Shown here: one piece after another, positions 18,008 to 27,341 of the stretch
Numbering within the stretch: the stretch's first letter is position 1
Layout: the number at the start of each line of letters is the position of its first letter
IMG/VR virus record: IMGVR_UViG_3300042453_002354
Location: 32,001-96,000 of that record
DNA: 64,000 nt
Source: a virus
Strand: one strand, 5' to 3'
Translations under genes and position numbers: made by a program
Notes under the pieces: generated by a model
The model's database searches: none
What the model was told of the DNA's origin: nothing
The model's input: only the letters and a program-made list of their open reading frames with translations

Positions 18008-19070
18008 CGTTTAAAATATCTTCTACGAAAATATCTGTAGATACGCCACCATATAACATGGTATTCTTAACATAAGTATTGATCTTATGCAATACTTCTT
18101 CCGTAAAGAAGTGTTTAGGATTTTCTCTGATTTCCTTTTCAAATACACTCTTACCGCCAGGCACTTGTATTCTAGTGGATACCTTTGTAAAAATCTCAGC
18201 TTCTAATGCAATGTCAATTAATCCATAATATCTGTCAAGCCCACTCTGAAAGTTTAACAACACTTGAGCTACAGATCCTTCTTTAGTCAATCGAGATTTC
18301 ATGGCAGTGCATTTGATCAAAACGCCTACCAAGTTTCCATCTTTATCCTTCTCTTTGCTTTTGGATAGCATTATGATGTTATTTGCTGCATATTTCAATC
18401 CGCCACCGCCGCCAATAGATTTTTTAGGACCATACATTTGACCAACATTTTCATATACATGATTGGTCATAATCATAGGTATGCCAGCTTTGCTAAGTTT
18501 TAGTGTGAGCACACGAAATGCCGCTCTAATTTCAGATTGTCTGGTCATATCTTTCTTGTCACTTCCACTTTCCGTGTCTGCAACTTCTTTGTTTGTAGAT
18601 AACATACCAAGACTATCTAAACATATCATCATCTTACGATTTTCATTTTTCGCCTTCTTCTTTTCTTCAAGATAGTTATCAACTAACCTCAAACACTGTG
18701 ACTTAAATTGCTGTATCGTTTCTACGGGAACCATCAAAACTCTTTTTGCATCTATGTTCCGATTCACTAATAATTCTTTTGTGATCGCACCTTCACTTTC
18801 AAACACAACGACGACCGCATTTGAATCAGTATCAAGAAAATGTTTGACAATAGAAAGCATAAAGTAAGTTTTACCAGTAGCTTCTTCACCAGCTAATGCG
18901 CTGATTTTGTTTGAAGGAAATCCACCAAAAATATCACCAGAAAATAATGCGTTTAATGCATAACTGCCAGTATCAATAAATTGAGGTATGTCCGCATAGG
19001 TGCCTTCTTCTGCAACACTTGCGTATTCATTATCAAGTGATTTTATTATTTCTTTGAATATGTCACTCAT
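17994..19070 (-). CDS. uvsX: RecA-like recombinase UvsX
   Basis: DTGSYALN, AGEEATGKT, LDSLGML, DMTR, TNHVY, GGGGGLKYAA. Confidence 0.95.
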   Translation of the reverse strand: MSDIFKEIIKSLDNEYASVAEEGTYADIPQFIDTGSYALNALFSGDIFGGFPSNKISALAGEEATGKTYFMLSIVKHFLDTDSNAVVVVFESEGAITKELLVNRNIDAKRVLMVPVETIQQFKSQCLRLVDNYLEEKKKAKNENRKMMICLDSLGMLSTNKEVADTESGSDKKDMTRQSEIRAAFRVLTLKLSKAGIPMIMTNHVYENVGQMYGPKKSIGGGGGLKYAANNIIMLSKSKEKDKDGNLVGVLIKCTAMKSRLTKEGSVAQVLLNFQSGLDRYYGLIDIALEAEIFTKVSTRIQVPGGKSVFEKEIRENPKHFFTEEVLHKINTYVKNTMLYGGVSTDIFVEDILNGEEG

Positions 19071-19079
19071 ATTAGTATC

Positions 19080-20171
19080 CTAAAATAAACTCTTCTTATT
19101 TTCTAATGACCAACCAATGCAGTTTGCAATATCTTCTATGGGTTTTCTGAACATCTTATCAAATTGTGTGTCATAGTCAATATATTTGTGAAGATTAAAT
19201 TCAATAGGTAATTGATCTATAAAGCCAATAACATCTTCTCCTATTGGATTAGGCGTTTTAAGATAGACATATCTGATCTTTTCCTTCTCTTCAATCTTTT
19301 GATATTTGGCAGACAGATCTAATTTTTTTATGTAATGATTATATAATAAAGATGCTCTAGTGTTTATCGGACAAGATTTTGCATATATGGTTTTACTATC
19401 AGAATACTTGTCTAATCCATTGACAGTCTTCGGAAAGGCAATGTCATTTACTTGAGCATCATTGTAGATTTTTTTAAAGTTTTTTACGAAATCTTGTAAA
19501 GTTTTTTGATCTTCTTGCAGAAGTATTCTAAGTGCTTCGTACAAATATTCTTTAACAAACGATGGTGTAGAACTTTTAACAACATCTAAACCTGTAGCTT
19601 TAACTTCCGGTTCTTGATAACGAACACCTTCAACATCAATAGCGTTGACAACATATCTTTTCTTGGCAACCCAGATACCACGATCTGCCAAAGTCTCTCT
19701 TTTCATTTCCATTCTAGGCAGAAAACCATTTGTATAGTCATACAAATTCTTGAATGATTGCTCTATCTTTTTCTGCAAACCTTGCTCACAAAATGCATCA
19801 AGAAAATCTATGACCTTCTGCACAGGAAGTTCTTTACCTGCTAGAGTTTTTAAAACAACTTGTTCTAGATTTAGATATACAGAATCGGTATCAGAGGCTA
19901 TAACAAAGTCTTGATTCTCTGTGCCTAGAAGTTTGTTTAAATATTGATTTAAATCTTGCTGAATCCACTTGATTGCTAATTGACCGGATAGTGTAACGGC
20001 TTCGGCTTGGCGCACATCGAAATATCTGAAATAGACATTACCTAATGCGCCGTAAGCCGAATTCAACATTACCTTTCTGCCGTTCTGAGTGTTAGAATAC
20101 TTAGACACTAATTTTTCAAGTGTTTTTTTCTTTTCTAGCAACTCTTCGGTTGATAACTGAGAAAGATCCAT
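19080..20171 (-). CDS. gp43: DNA polymerase gp43, C-terminal part (gp43B)
   Basis: KVMLNSAYGALG (motif B), ASDTDSVY (motif C), AKKRY, GLDVVKSSTP. Confidence 0.92.
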   Translation of the reverse strand: MDLSQLSTEELLEKKKTLEKLVSKYSNTQNGRKVMLNSAYGALGNVYFRYFDVRQAEAVTLSGQLAIKWIQQDLNQYLNKLLGTENQDFVIASDTDSVYLNLEQVVLKTLAGKELPVQKVIDFLDAFCEQGLQKKIEQSFKNLYDYTNGFLPRMEMKRETLADRGIWVAKKRYVVNAIDVEGVRYQEPEVKATGLDVVKSSTPSFVKEYLYEALRILLQEDQKTLQDFVKNFKKIYNDAQVNDIAFPKTVNGLDKYSDSKTIYAKSCPINTRASLLYNHYIKKLDLSAKYQKIEEKEKIRYVYLKTPNPIGEDVIGFIDQLPIEFNLHKYIDYDTQFDKMFRKPIEDIANCIGWSLENKKSLF

Positions 20172-20176
20172 GAATA

Positions 20177-20494
20177 TTACTTAAATAGTTTGCTAAAGAA
20201 TCCTTTCTTGGTTGGTTCGGGCAAATCTTCCAATATTTTAGTAGGTAATTCTACCTTCTCGGGTACTCTAACAACTTTAGATAATTTGTCAACCTTGAAT
20301 AGTAGTTTATCATCACAAGTTCCTGCAAGTGAATAAGTGGCCTCTGACAGATCTATTTCTCCAGACTCGGATGATGTGGCAGCAGATAGCAAAAATTTTG
20401 ATAGTTCTTTTCTGGGATCTTCAGACATTCCAAATACTACCATTTCACTTAAAGAAATTTGTACTAATGCATAAAATTGATCACTCATTTTCAT
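20177..20494 (-). CDS. Hypothetical protein between the gp43 halves
   Basis: 105 aa, AAGGAG RBS, ends KKGFFSKLFK. Confidence 0.65.
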   Translation of the reverse strand: MKMSDQFYALVQISLSEMVVFGMSEDPRKELSKFLLSAATSSESGEIDLSEATYSLAGTCDDKLLFKVDKLSKVVRVPEKVELPTKILEDLPEPTKKGFFSKLFK

Positions 20495-20499
20495 TCTCC

Positions 20500-20910
20500 T
20501 TACTTTTTAGTTTTTGATTTTGGCTTAGCGACTTCTGATTTTTGATTTGGTGTTGACTTTTTCTTCGCCGGTGCCACATCAGCTTCTTTCTTTTTTGATT
20601 TTGATACGACTGGTACTACTGGTTCCAATACAATCTTTTTTGACGCTTTGCCGGACTTAACTGGTTTTGCTGCACGTTCTTCTAAGACTCCGACTACAGA
20701 AAAGACAGCCACTTCACCACGAGCACCCCAAAGAACATATTCAAATTGATTTTTATGCCAAACAAAATTCTTACCTTTACTATTGCTTATAATTTTGTTC
20801 AGGAATAGATCACCTATAGCCTGTTCGGATTTTCCTAGATTAAAAATTTCATCTATTGACACAAATAGGAAATCTTTAAAATTTTTCGTTTTAGCCTTTT
20901 GTTTTACCAT
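20500..20910 (-). CDS. Lysine-rich basic hypothetical protein between the gp43 halves
   Basis: 136 aa, AGGAG RBS, K/P/A/S-rich C-terminal tail. Confidence 0.65.
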   Translation of the reverse strand: MVKQKAKTKNFKDFLFVSIDEIFNLGKSEQAIGDLFLNKIISNSKGKNFVWHKNQFEYVLWGARGEVAVFSVVGVLEERAAKPVKSGKASKKIVLEPVVPVVSKSKKKEADVAPAKKKSTPNQKSEVAKPKSKTKK

Positions 20911-20941
20911 GATATCTCCTATAAAAAATTCAACAGTTCAA

Positions 20942-20970
20942 ATCATATTACAAAAATAACTAATCGTCAA
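20942..20970 (-). promoter_or_regulatory. sigma70-type promoter TTGACG-N17-TATGAT at the 3' end of gp43A
   Basis: Plus strand cgtcaa 20965-20970 and atcata 20942-20947. Confidence 0.65.
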
Positions 20971-22423
20971 GACCTCTGCGTCTTAATTCTTGTTTAATTT
21001 TTTGTAACTCATTCTTACACTCAATCATTTGGCTTTTGTATTTTTTTCTTTCTGTGTATAATCTTTCTATTATTGCGGGAAGAAATCCTTGACCCTTTCT
21101 GGAAAAGAAATGACCGTTTGCAGTAAACGCCAGATTGTCTTTCTTCAGTGAAGACAAATCGACCGAACGAGAAAGTAGGTCTTCTATCTTCACATCAATC
21201 TTATGACTAGTCAATAGCTTCTCTGGTGATATGTTGTATTGAACGATTAACATCGGATATAGACTGTTTACGTCAAACGAGGATATCCATTTGTGCATAC
21301 CTATGATTGGTTCCTTTACGGCGGCACCTTCATATTGTGCCTCTTTATCTCCGTCCTGTTTTGGCGGAATAATCATTTTCATTTTTTTGATATGATTAAA
21401 AATTATGATATCCCAAAGTCTAACCTGCTTGAAAACATCCATAAAGTTTACAAGACTATCATAAGCAATGGTCATAATCATTTCCATTAACTTGAGCTTT
21501 TCTTCTAACTTCATTACAAGTCGAACGTCATGAATGTTATAATCTATAAATTTTTGAAAGTTTGTCGTATATAATGTTTTTAGATTACCATCAAAAGTAA
21601 TCTTTGCTTCTCCAAGTTCTTCTTTTGCAACGGTGTCGAGTTTATAGTTCTCTGGTTTGGCGTTGTGAAACTTTTTATAAATTTCTATGTAATCTAATGT
21701 CACTATACCCAAAAAATCATAAGCAGTATAAGTTTTATTTTGTATTGTCATTGTTCTAGTTTTTATCTCATTCCAAGGTGAGATATTTTTAGCATAATCC
21801 TTTTCAATCAACCTATTCATTCTTCCGACGAGATATGGTATATCAAAAAAGGTTATATTGTAACCAGAAATTATATCGGGCGATTCTGTTCTAACGTGTT
21901 CAACAAACGAGCATAATAGTTGAGTTTCCGTTGAACATTTTCTGTATTCTACATTTGATTCGGATGGTGTGTAATCGCCTAGACCAAAAACTACAAACTT
22001 TTTACCAACACCACAGGTTATTGCTATCACCTTTTGGTCAAAAACTTCCATACTAGGAAATCCACTTTCACAAGTAGTTTCTATGTCAAAGTATAGTACT
22101 TTGATTCTATTGAGATCGTAATCTATTCCATTTTCGTACATATCAGAGATGCAAGCATAATCATATTGCTGTAAACCCCAAACTTCATAGTTGTCTACAT
22201 CGCCGTAGTTGTTTACGTAATCTCTTGCTTCTGATATGCTATCAAATTTTATTCTGTCTAACCACTTCTTGCCATCATAGCTCATATATCTCGTACTCTT
22301 CTTAGAAGGTAAGAAAAGACTAGGCTTATATGGAATTTTTTGTTGTACACGACGACCGTGATCGTATCCCGTATACAATACACTATTTCCTCGAACGGAA
22401 AAGTGTGTATAAAATTTTGACAT
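20960..22423 (-). CDS. gp43: DNA polymerase gp43, N-terminal part (gp43A: exonuclease, motif A, first fingers helix)
   Basis: FDIET (ExoI), GYNITFFDIPY (ExoII), YNIHDV (ExoIII), YEGA, SFDVNSLYP (motif A), GFLP..ERKKYK. Confidence 0.92.
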   Translation of the reverse strand: MSKFYTHFSVRGNSVLYTGYDHGRRVQQKIPYKPSLFLPSKKSTRYMSYDGKKWLDRIKFDSISEARDYVNNYGDVDNYEVWGLQQYDYACISDMYENGIDYDLNRIKVLYFDIETTCESGFPSMEVFDQKVIAITCGVGKKFVVFGLGDYTPSESNVEYRKCSTETQLLCSFVEHVRTESPDIISGYNITFFDIPYLVGRMNRLIEKDYAKNISPWNEIKTRTMTIQNKTYTAYDFLGIVTLDYIEIYKKFHNAKPENYKLDTVAKEELGEAKITFDGNLKTLYTTNFQKFIDYNIHDVRLVMKLEEKLKLMEMIMTIAYDSLVNFMDVFKQVRLWDIIIFNHIKKMKMIIPPKQDGDKEAQYEGAAVKEPIIGMHKWISSFDVNSLYPMLIVQYNISPEKLLTSHKIDVKIEDLLSRSVDLSSLKKDNLAFTANGHFFSRKGQGFLPAIIERLYTERKKYKSQMIECKNELQKIKQELRRRGLDD

Positions 22424-22424
22424 G

Positions 22425-22718
22425 TTATCCCGTAATCAGTGATGATGGTGTTATGAGACCAGTAGACATTTGCCTATATTGTGCGGCAATCTCTTCTGCT
22501 GGTTCATAATCATACATAACGAACTTTTTGTCAATCTTTATTTCAGCTTCGGGATTAGTTGCTATTAGTGGAACAATTAGTAAATCTGGACCTTTTGGCG
22601 TGTGTCGCATTGCCAGTATTAGTGGAAATCTTATATTAATGTGAGTTTCGGATTGTGAAACTAATTCCGCAACCACATCTTCACCTGTACTCAATCTAAA
22701 ACATCTCGATGTGCTCAT
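22425..22718 (-). CDS. Sm-like small protein of T4-like phages
   Basis: FRLSTGEDVVAEL start, Y-x-x-M..GLITP end; sits just upstream of gene 43 as in related phages. Confidence 0.5.
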   Translation of the reverse strand: MSTSRCFRLSTGEDVVAELVSQSETHINIRFPLILAMRHTPKGPDLLIVPLIATNPEAEIKIDKKFVMYDYEPAEEIAAQYRQMSTGLITPSSLITG

Positions 22719-23284
22719 AATGTATCCTTTGGTTTATACGCAAGGGTAAAATTGTTTGGTTCGACTTCTACGCTCTCAAAGGCAAATGTTCTATGCCCTC
22801 TCATTTTGGAGTAGAAATCTCCTATTTTATTGGCTCTCCAATCGCCAACGACAACTTCTTTATTTAATCCTGGCCAAGCGGCACTATTCGTCCCTATCAA
22901 TACCGCCTTTGATTCTGCTTCTTTATAAAGAACTGAATCCTGATCAAATCTTTTGCCAAAACTTTTTAGAAATCCTTTCAGTTTGCCATTATCATCTTTA
23001 TCGGAAATTACCAAAAAACTATTTTCAATTACCTTTTGTGCTTGTGGAGTACCAGCATCTTCTATATAATGACCCTCAACATTTATGAAACCAAATCCAG
23101 CAGACCTTATCAAAGATTTTAATTGTTTGTTTCTGTTTAAATTTTCTTCTCTTGAATACCCCTTTCGGAAAGCGGTCAACATACCTATAGTTTTTTCTTT
23201 GGTGTGTTGAAAGATTCTAGATAAAGACGATTCGTGTAATGCATATTCTTTAAATTCTAGAATGTCTGATTGTTTATTCTTCAT
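22715..23284 (-). CDS. Conserved phage hypothetical protein, possible internal protein
   Basis: ESSLSRI..GMLTAFR..ENLNRNKQLK..GFINVEGHYIE..ENSF..FDQDSVL pattern; LEFKEYALHE prefix. Confidence 0.55.
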   Translation of the reverse strand: MKNKQSDILEFKEYALHESSLSRIFQHTKEKTIGMLTAFRKGYSREENLNRNKQLKSLIRSAGFGFINVEGHYIEDAGTPQAQKVIENSFLVISDKDDNGKLKGFLKSFGKRFDQDSVLYKEAESKAVLIGTNSAAWPGLNKEVVVGDWRANKIGDFYSKMRGHRTFAFESVEVEPNNFTLAYKPKDTL

Positions 23285-23762
23285 GAGAACCGTCCTCCGA
23301 TTGCAATTCGTACAGACCAGACAAAAACATTTCTTTTTCTTTTTGCCTACGCCTAATTAAACCTTTTACTACTTTACCCTTCGCAAGTCTCCATTTGTCA
23401 AATTCTTCGGCACTCTCTTCATACTTACCTTGATTTAATAATTTTAATAATTGTGAATTCTTGAAATTACCTTGACCGACATTGTATACAAAAGAAACCA
23501 AAGAGTCAAACATTTTTTGATTAATGTCTACCTTAACTCTGTTATTAATACATTGTTCAAATTCAAATAAATCTTCCAATAATGCATCTTCGGCTTGTTT
23601 TTTATTCCAAACCATGCCAAGTCTAATCGGAGATCCTTTATATCTTGTAGTACCATAACCAATTGTCGGAACACCAGCAGAACAAAGATATGCGTGTAAT
23701 CGCAATCCTTCGAGAGTTTTGATTAAATCAAGACCAGACGTTGAAATGCTTCTCTTTGCCAT
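23274..23762 (-). CDS. GH24 lysozyme (endolysin)
   Basis: LEGLRLHAYLCSAGVPTIGYG (E-x8-C-x5-T), FDSLVSFVYNVG, GLIRRRQKE. Confidence 0.92.
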   Translation of the reverse strand: MAKRSISTSGLDLIKTLEGLRLHAYLCSAGVPTIGYGTTRYKGSPIRLGMVWNKKQAEDALLEDLFEFEQCINNRVKVDINQKMFDSLVSFVYNVGQGNFKNSQLLKLLNQGKYEESAEEFDKWRLAKGKVVKGLIRRRQKEKEMFLSGLYELQSEDGSHEE

Positions 23763-23764
23763 GA

Positions 23765-24250
23765 TTATTTACCCGTTGAGCCAAATCCACCCGTTCTAGT
23801 GGTATTGGATGGTTGTATTAATGTTTCGACTATGCTGTATTCATAATTCTTCACTAGCTCGCCCTGTGCGATTCTCTGACCGTGTGAAACTACTATATCG
23901 GACTTGCTATGATTAATCATTGCAACCTTTAGTTCGTTGACATAATCAGCATCAATAACACCCTCACAGTTTACTAGAGTCAATCCGGACAATGCTAATC
24001 CGGATCTTGGATGTAACCTAACGGAATGTGCATTAGGTATATCGAGAATAATTCCGGTTGGTATTAAAGCAATATCGCCCGGCTCTATGGAAACAAACCC
24101 ATGTGTAAGTTCGATTTCTTGACCATTTAACAATGGTTTAGAACCTTCACTCAAATATGCCGCTATGTCAAAACAAGCAGATCCCTCTGTCGCAAACTTA
24201 GGAATTTTTGAGTCTGCGAAAATAGGATAAACACATAATTTTATTTCCAT
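23765..24250 (-). CDS. dut: Trimeric dUTPase
   Basis: SACFDI, PRSGLA, GVIDADY, RIAQG, RTGGFGSTG. Confidence 0.95.
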   Translation of the reverse strand: MEIKLCVYPIFADSKIPKFATEGSACFDIAAYLSEGSKPLLNGQEIELTHGFVSIEPGDIALIPTGIILDIPNAHSVRLHPRSGLALSGLTLVNCEGVIDADYVNELKVAMINHSKSDIVVSHGQRIAQGELVKNYEYSIVETLIQPSNTTRTGGFGSTGK

Positions 24251-24657
24251 TACTTTTTTTGCCCTATATTATATTTTGCAACCAATCTCCATTCACTCTT
24301 TTCTGAATGTGGTATGATTTTTATTTGCTTGATCGATATGCTATTATTTTGCAATACCGATTCGTTCAGTATTTCTACTAAACCCCAAGTCTGCAAAGCC
24401 AACGCTATGGCATTTCTTCTGGCTATATCTTCTTCTGAAATATTTGCTGTTTTACCATCAAGCAAAAATAGTTCTTTAAAATGGCAAATGTAATATTTAC
24501 CCCTTTTGTGTAGTATGTGACAACTTTGATATAAAGTTTTATTTTGCTTTGACGCTACACCAATTCTAGTTAAAGTCTCTCTTATTTTTAGAAAATCTTC
24601 TTTATTCTTTAGTTGGACTTCAACAAACTTCTTTACGATATCATCATTATTATTCAT
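24250..24657 (-). CDS. regA: RegA translational repressor
   Basis: DFLKIRETLTRIGVAS, LYQSCHILHKRGKYYICHFKELF, RRNAIA. Confidence 0.95.
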   Translation of the reverse strand: MNNNDDIVKKFVEVQLKNKEDFLKIRETLTRIGVASKQNKTLYQSCHILHKRGKYYICHFKELFLLDGKTANISEEDIARRNAIALALQTWGLVEILNESVLQNNSISIKQIKIIPHSEKSEWRLVAKYNIGQKK

Positions 24658-24667
24658 GGCAACTCCA

Positions 24668-25051
24668 TTATTTTATACCATTGCAAATGACCTTTATTTT
24701 ATTTATATCTTCTTCACTCAACACTTCTAAATGTATCAGAGCTTCTCTTGTACTGCAATTAAAATATAGCTTTATATGATCAACATTTTCTATTTTTATT
24801 TTCTTACCCCAAGAACACTTCCTTTTCTTTGCTCTTATGGACTCTCGAAGATAATCATACTGCATCTTTTTCGATAAATGCCAGTTACGATTCATTTCCT
24901 GAGCATATAAGATTGTATCTATATTTGAAGATAGGAATCTGTTAATAAGATAAGGATTGTAATCCTGTTCAGGATATTCACCAGTTTCAATTAAGTCTTT
25001 TTTGTTTTCTTGTATAGAGTTTAAAAAATCAAATACACAGTTATTGCTCAT
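24668..25051 (-). CDS. gp62: Clamp loader small subunit (gp62)
   Basis: FDFLNSI, YNPYLINRFLS, AQEMN, QYDYL; between gp44 and regA. Confidence 0.9.
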   Translation of the reverse strand: MSNNCVFDFLNSIQENKKDLIETGEYPEQDYNPYLINRFLSSNIDTILYAQEMNRNWHLSKKMQYDYLRESIRAKKRKCSWGKKIKIENVDHIKLYFNCSTREALIHLEVLSEEDINKIKVICNGIK

Positions 25052-25052
25052 A

Positions 25053-25988
25053 TTAATTCCAAATAAGATTTACCATCAATTCAGTCAAACAGGCCAACAA
25101 GCATATTTCTGGATCTACAGAGAAGTTTGCCTTATATTGGTAGTCGGCTAAACATATAACAGACTGAGGAACTGATTGCTTTGCTATGTGTTCACCTATG
25201 CTATCATAGATTTTTCTATATAGAGCTTGCTGGTCTGCATCAGAATTGTTCACTACCCACTCCCTTACCTGTGTGAAGTTCTTATCCTTCATCGACTTAA
25301 AGAGAGAGGTCAAATTGGCATCTCTAAACTGTCTTAGTACACCTTCATTTATTTCTTTGTTATTTGAAGCAAATTTTTGCAATTCATTAATGGTCTTTCT
25401 GAAATCTGGAAAGAAGTTGAGTATAACTTGTCCGACAACTTCTGGTTTAAATGTAACCTTTTCTGAGTTGAGTATGAAAGATATTCTCCTATAAACGTCT
25501 TTAATTACCTGTTCTTTGTCGGATTTTTGTATGGAAAACTCTACAGTCGAACATCTAGAATGAATAGCATCTATAATTCTATTTTTGTAATTACAAGTGA
25601 GTATGAAAGAACAATTTATTGCAAAGTCTTCCATAAAACCTCTCATAGCAGCTTGAGCATCTGGCGTCAAATGATCTGCCTCGTCTAATATTAGAACCTT
25701 TCTAGATCCATCTAGGGATTTGGCGGAAGCATAGGTTTTCATCTTAGTTCTAAGAACATCTATACCTCTCTCATCTGAACTGTTTAATAACATATAAGAA
25801 CAGTCCAATTCATTACACATTGCTTTTGCGATTGTGGTTTTGCCCATACCTGGACCACCGCAAAGCAATAAGTTGGGAATTTGACCTTTGTTTACTATTT
25901 CTTGAAATGTAGATTTAATGTGTGATGGTAAAATACAATCAGCTACTATATTAGGTCGATATTTTTCTACCCAAAGAAAATGTTCCAT
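25053..25988 (-). CDS. gp44: Clamp loader large subunit (gp44)
   Basis: LWVEKYRP, GGPGMGKTT, ILDEAD, SRC, FPDFRK. Confidence 0.95.
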   Translation of the reverse strand: MEHFLWVEKYRPNIVADCILPSHIKSTFQEIVNKGQIPNLLLCGGPGMGKTTIAKAMCNELDCSYMLLNSSDERGIDVLRTKMKTYASAKSLDGSRKVLILDEADHLTPDAQAAMRGFMEDFAINCSFILTCNYKNRIIDAIHSRCSTVEFSIQKSDKEQVIKDVYRRISFILNSEKVTFKPEVVGQVILNFFPDFRKTINELQKFASNNKEINEGVLRQFRDANLTSLFKSMKDKNFTQVREWVVNNSDADQQALYRKIYDSIGEHIAKQSVPQSVICLADYQYKANFSVDPEICLLACLTELMVNLIWN

Positions 25989-26056
25989 AATTTCACCTTA
26001 TAATAATATAAACTAAAGAAATAGTAACAGATAAAAAGAATAAACACAAATAATCT

Positions 26057-27328
26057 TTATCTGCCTTCACCTACTTTATGTAAGTATTTTTCTTTCGCTT
26101 CTTCAAAAGACTTCATTGTAATAAGATCATCATAAAAACACAAGTCATCTCTAATTCTTTGTGTTTCTATTAAATTTTTAATTCGCTTTGCTGCATACTT
26201 TTCTTTCCACAAATTACAAAAATATTGTTCTGATGTATCAAACTTTTTTACTAGTTCTTTTTGTGTAATTTCTTTTCTCAAAAACTCATTAGTGTTTTCA
26301 TATAATGGTGAAAAATAAATACCTCTAACGTGTTCTGTAAGAATCTTTTCTTTTGGCACCTTTAATTTGCTGTACACAAAATTTAATGAACGAAATTTAG
26401 AATCTCTCTTCAACTTTTGCCCATTTTCTTTGGCAGCAAGAGAGTATTCCCAATACATTCTTGGATAATTTAATGCTAACCAATCCATTAGCTTCTTTCT
26501 AATATGCGAAGTTGGTTCCCAAGGAGTTTGGCCTTTTGTACCTCCCACATTTTTCCAATGTTTTAGATTATCATATTGCGAAAATGTTCCATAAAGACTA
26601 GTAGTAGTCATTCCCACAAGTAAATCATTATATTTTTCTAACCAGTCGTTTTGCACCTTGTCTGATAACGTCAGCAATGAAATTAGTTTATTTCCTAGAT
26701 AATTGTAACCTAGCGGTTGAGTTGCTACTATTGTTGATCCTATTCCAAGATGATTAATCATTCCATTTGAAACCTTTTCATGTTTAGACCATCCTATAAT
26801 CCGGTCTCGGGGAGTAAGATCCATAAAATCAGATGCTACGCAAAAAAAACCAAGATACTTATCTGTAATTCGATCTCTAACAAAATATCTAAGACTTCTT
26901 CCTATAACACCATTATAGGTTTGAGTAGAAATAAAATTTCTTATTGTGTTCCACTCTTGAACCAACTCACTATTATCACACAATTGGACATAAGGTTCCA
27001 AAGATAAGAAATCATTCGTGCTTTTAGGAATCCAAATATTGTTTTTTAATTTTAGTATTTCTGGCATTTGCGTTTGACAATCTAGTGTAACGCAAGTTTC
27101 TCCAAACAAGTTTTTTGTAATTTTTTTGACGGGAAACTTTCTTTTTATCTCATGCCATTTTTTGTACAGTGTATACTCTTGTACTGTCATCGTGGATAAA
27201 TAGTCCAATTCCTGTATCGTCATTTCTCGCAAAATATGATCTTCGATCTTCTCATACTTACTGAAATCTTCGGAATTGAACCATTCATTATACTGTTCGT
27301 CTAGTAAAATTTCGGTTGACATACACAA
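26057..27328 (-). CDS. DruA/DUF4338-like protein
   Basis: GRSLRYFVRD..KYLG..ASD...RD..IGW, IVATQPLGYNYLGNKL, TTTSLYG..SQYD, G.TKG, HVRGIY match my recollection of DUF4338 (Druantia DruA-like) proteins. Confidence 0.6.
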   Translation of the reverse strand: MCMSTEILLDEQYNEWFNSEDFSKYEKIEDHILREMTIQELDYLSTMTVQEYTLYKKWHEIKRKFPVKKITKNLFGETCVTLDCQTQMPEILKLKNNIWIPKSTNDFLSLEPYVQLCDNSELVQEWNTIRNFISTQTYNGVIGRSLRYFVRDRITDKYLGFFCVASDFMDLTPRDRIIGWSKHEKVSNGMINHLGIGSTIVATQPLGYNYLGNKLISLLTLSDKVQNDWLEKYNDLLVGMTTTSLYGTFSQYDNLKHWKNVGGTKGQTPWEPTSHIRKKLMDWLALNYPRMYWEYSLAAKENGQKLKRDSKFRSLNFVYSKLKVPKEKILTEHVRGIYFSPLYENTNEFLRKEITQKELVKKFDTSEQYFCNLWKEKYAAKRIKNLIETQRIRDDLCFYDDLITMKSFEEAKEKYLHKVGEGR

Positions 27329-27341
27329 TATTAAAATTAAA

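Noticed and set aside
20172-20959. Intein or group I intron in gp43
   Set aside because: No Cys/Ser intein start, no His-Asn end, no homing endonuclease motifs; the gap holds two ORFs with RBSs and a promoter.
19080-22423. gp43 pseudogene
   Set aside because: All exonuclease and polymerase motifs are intact across the two ORFs.
26057-27328. Complete Druantia defence system
   Set aside because: Only a DruA-like gene is present; neighbours are gp45 and gp44.
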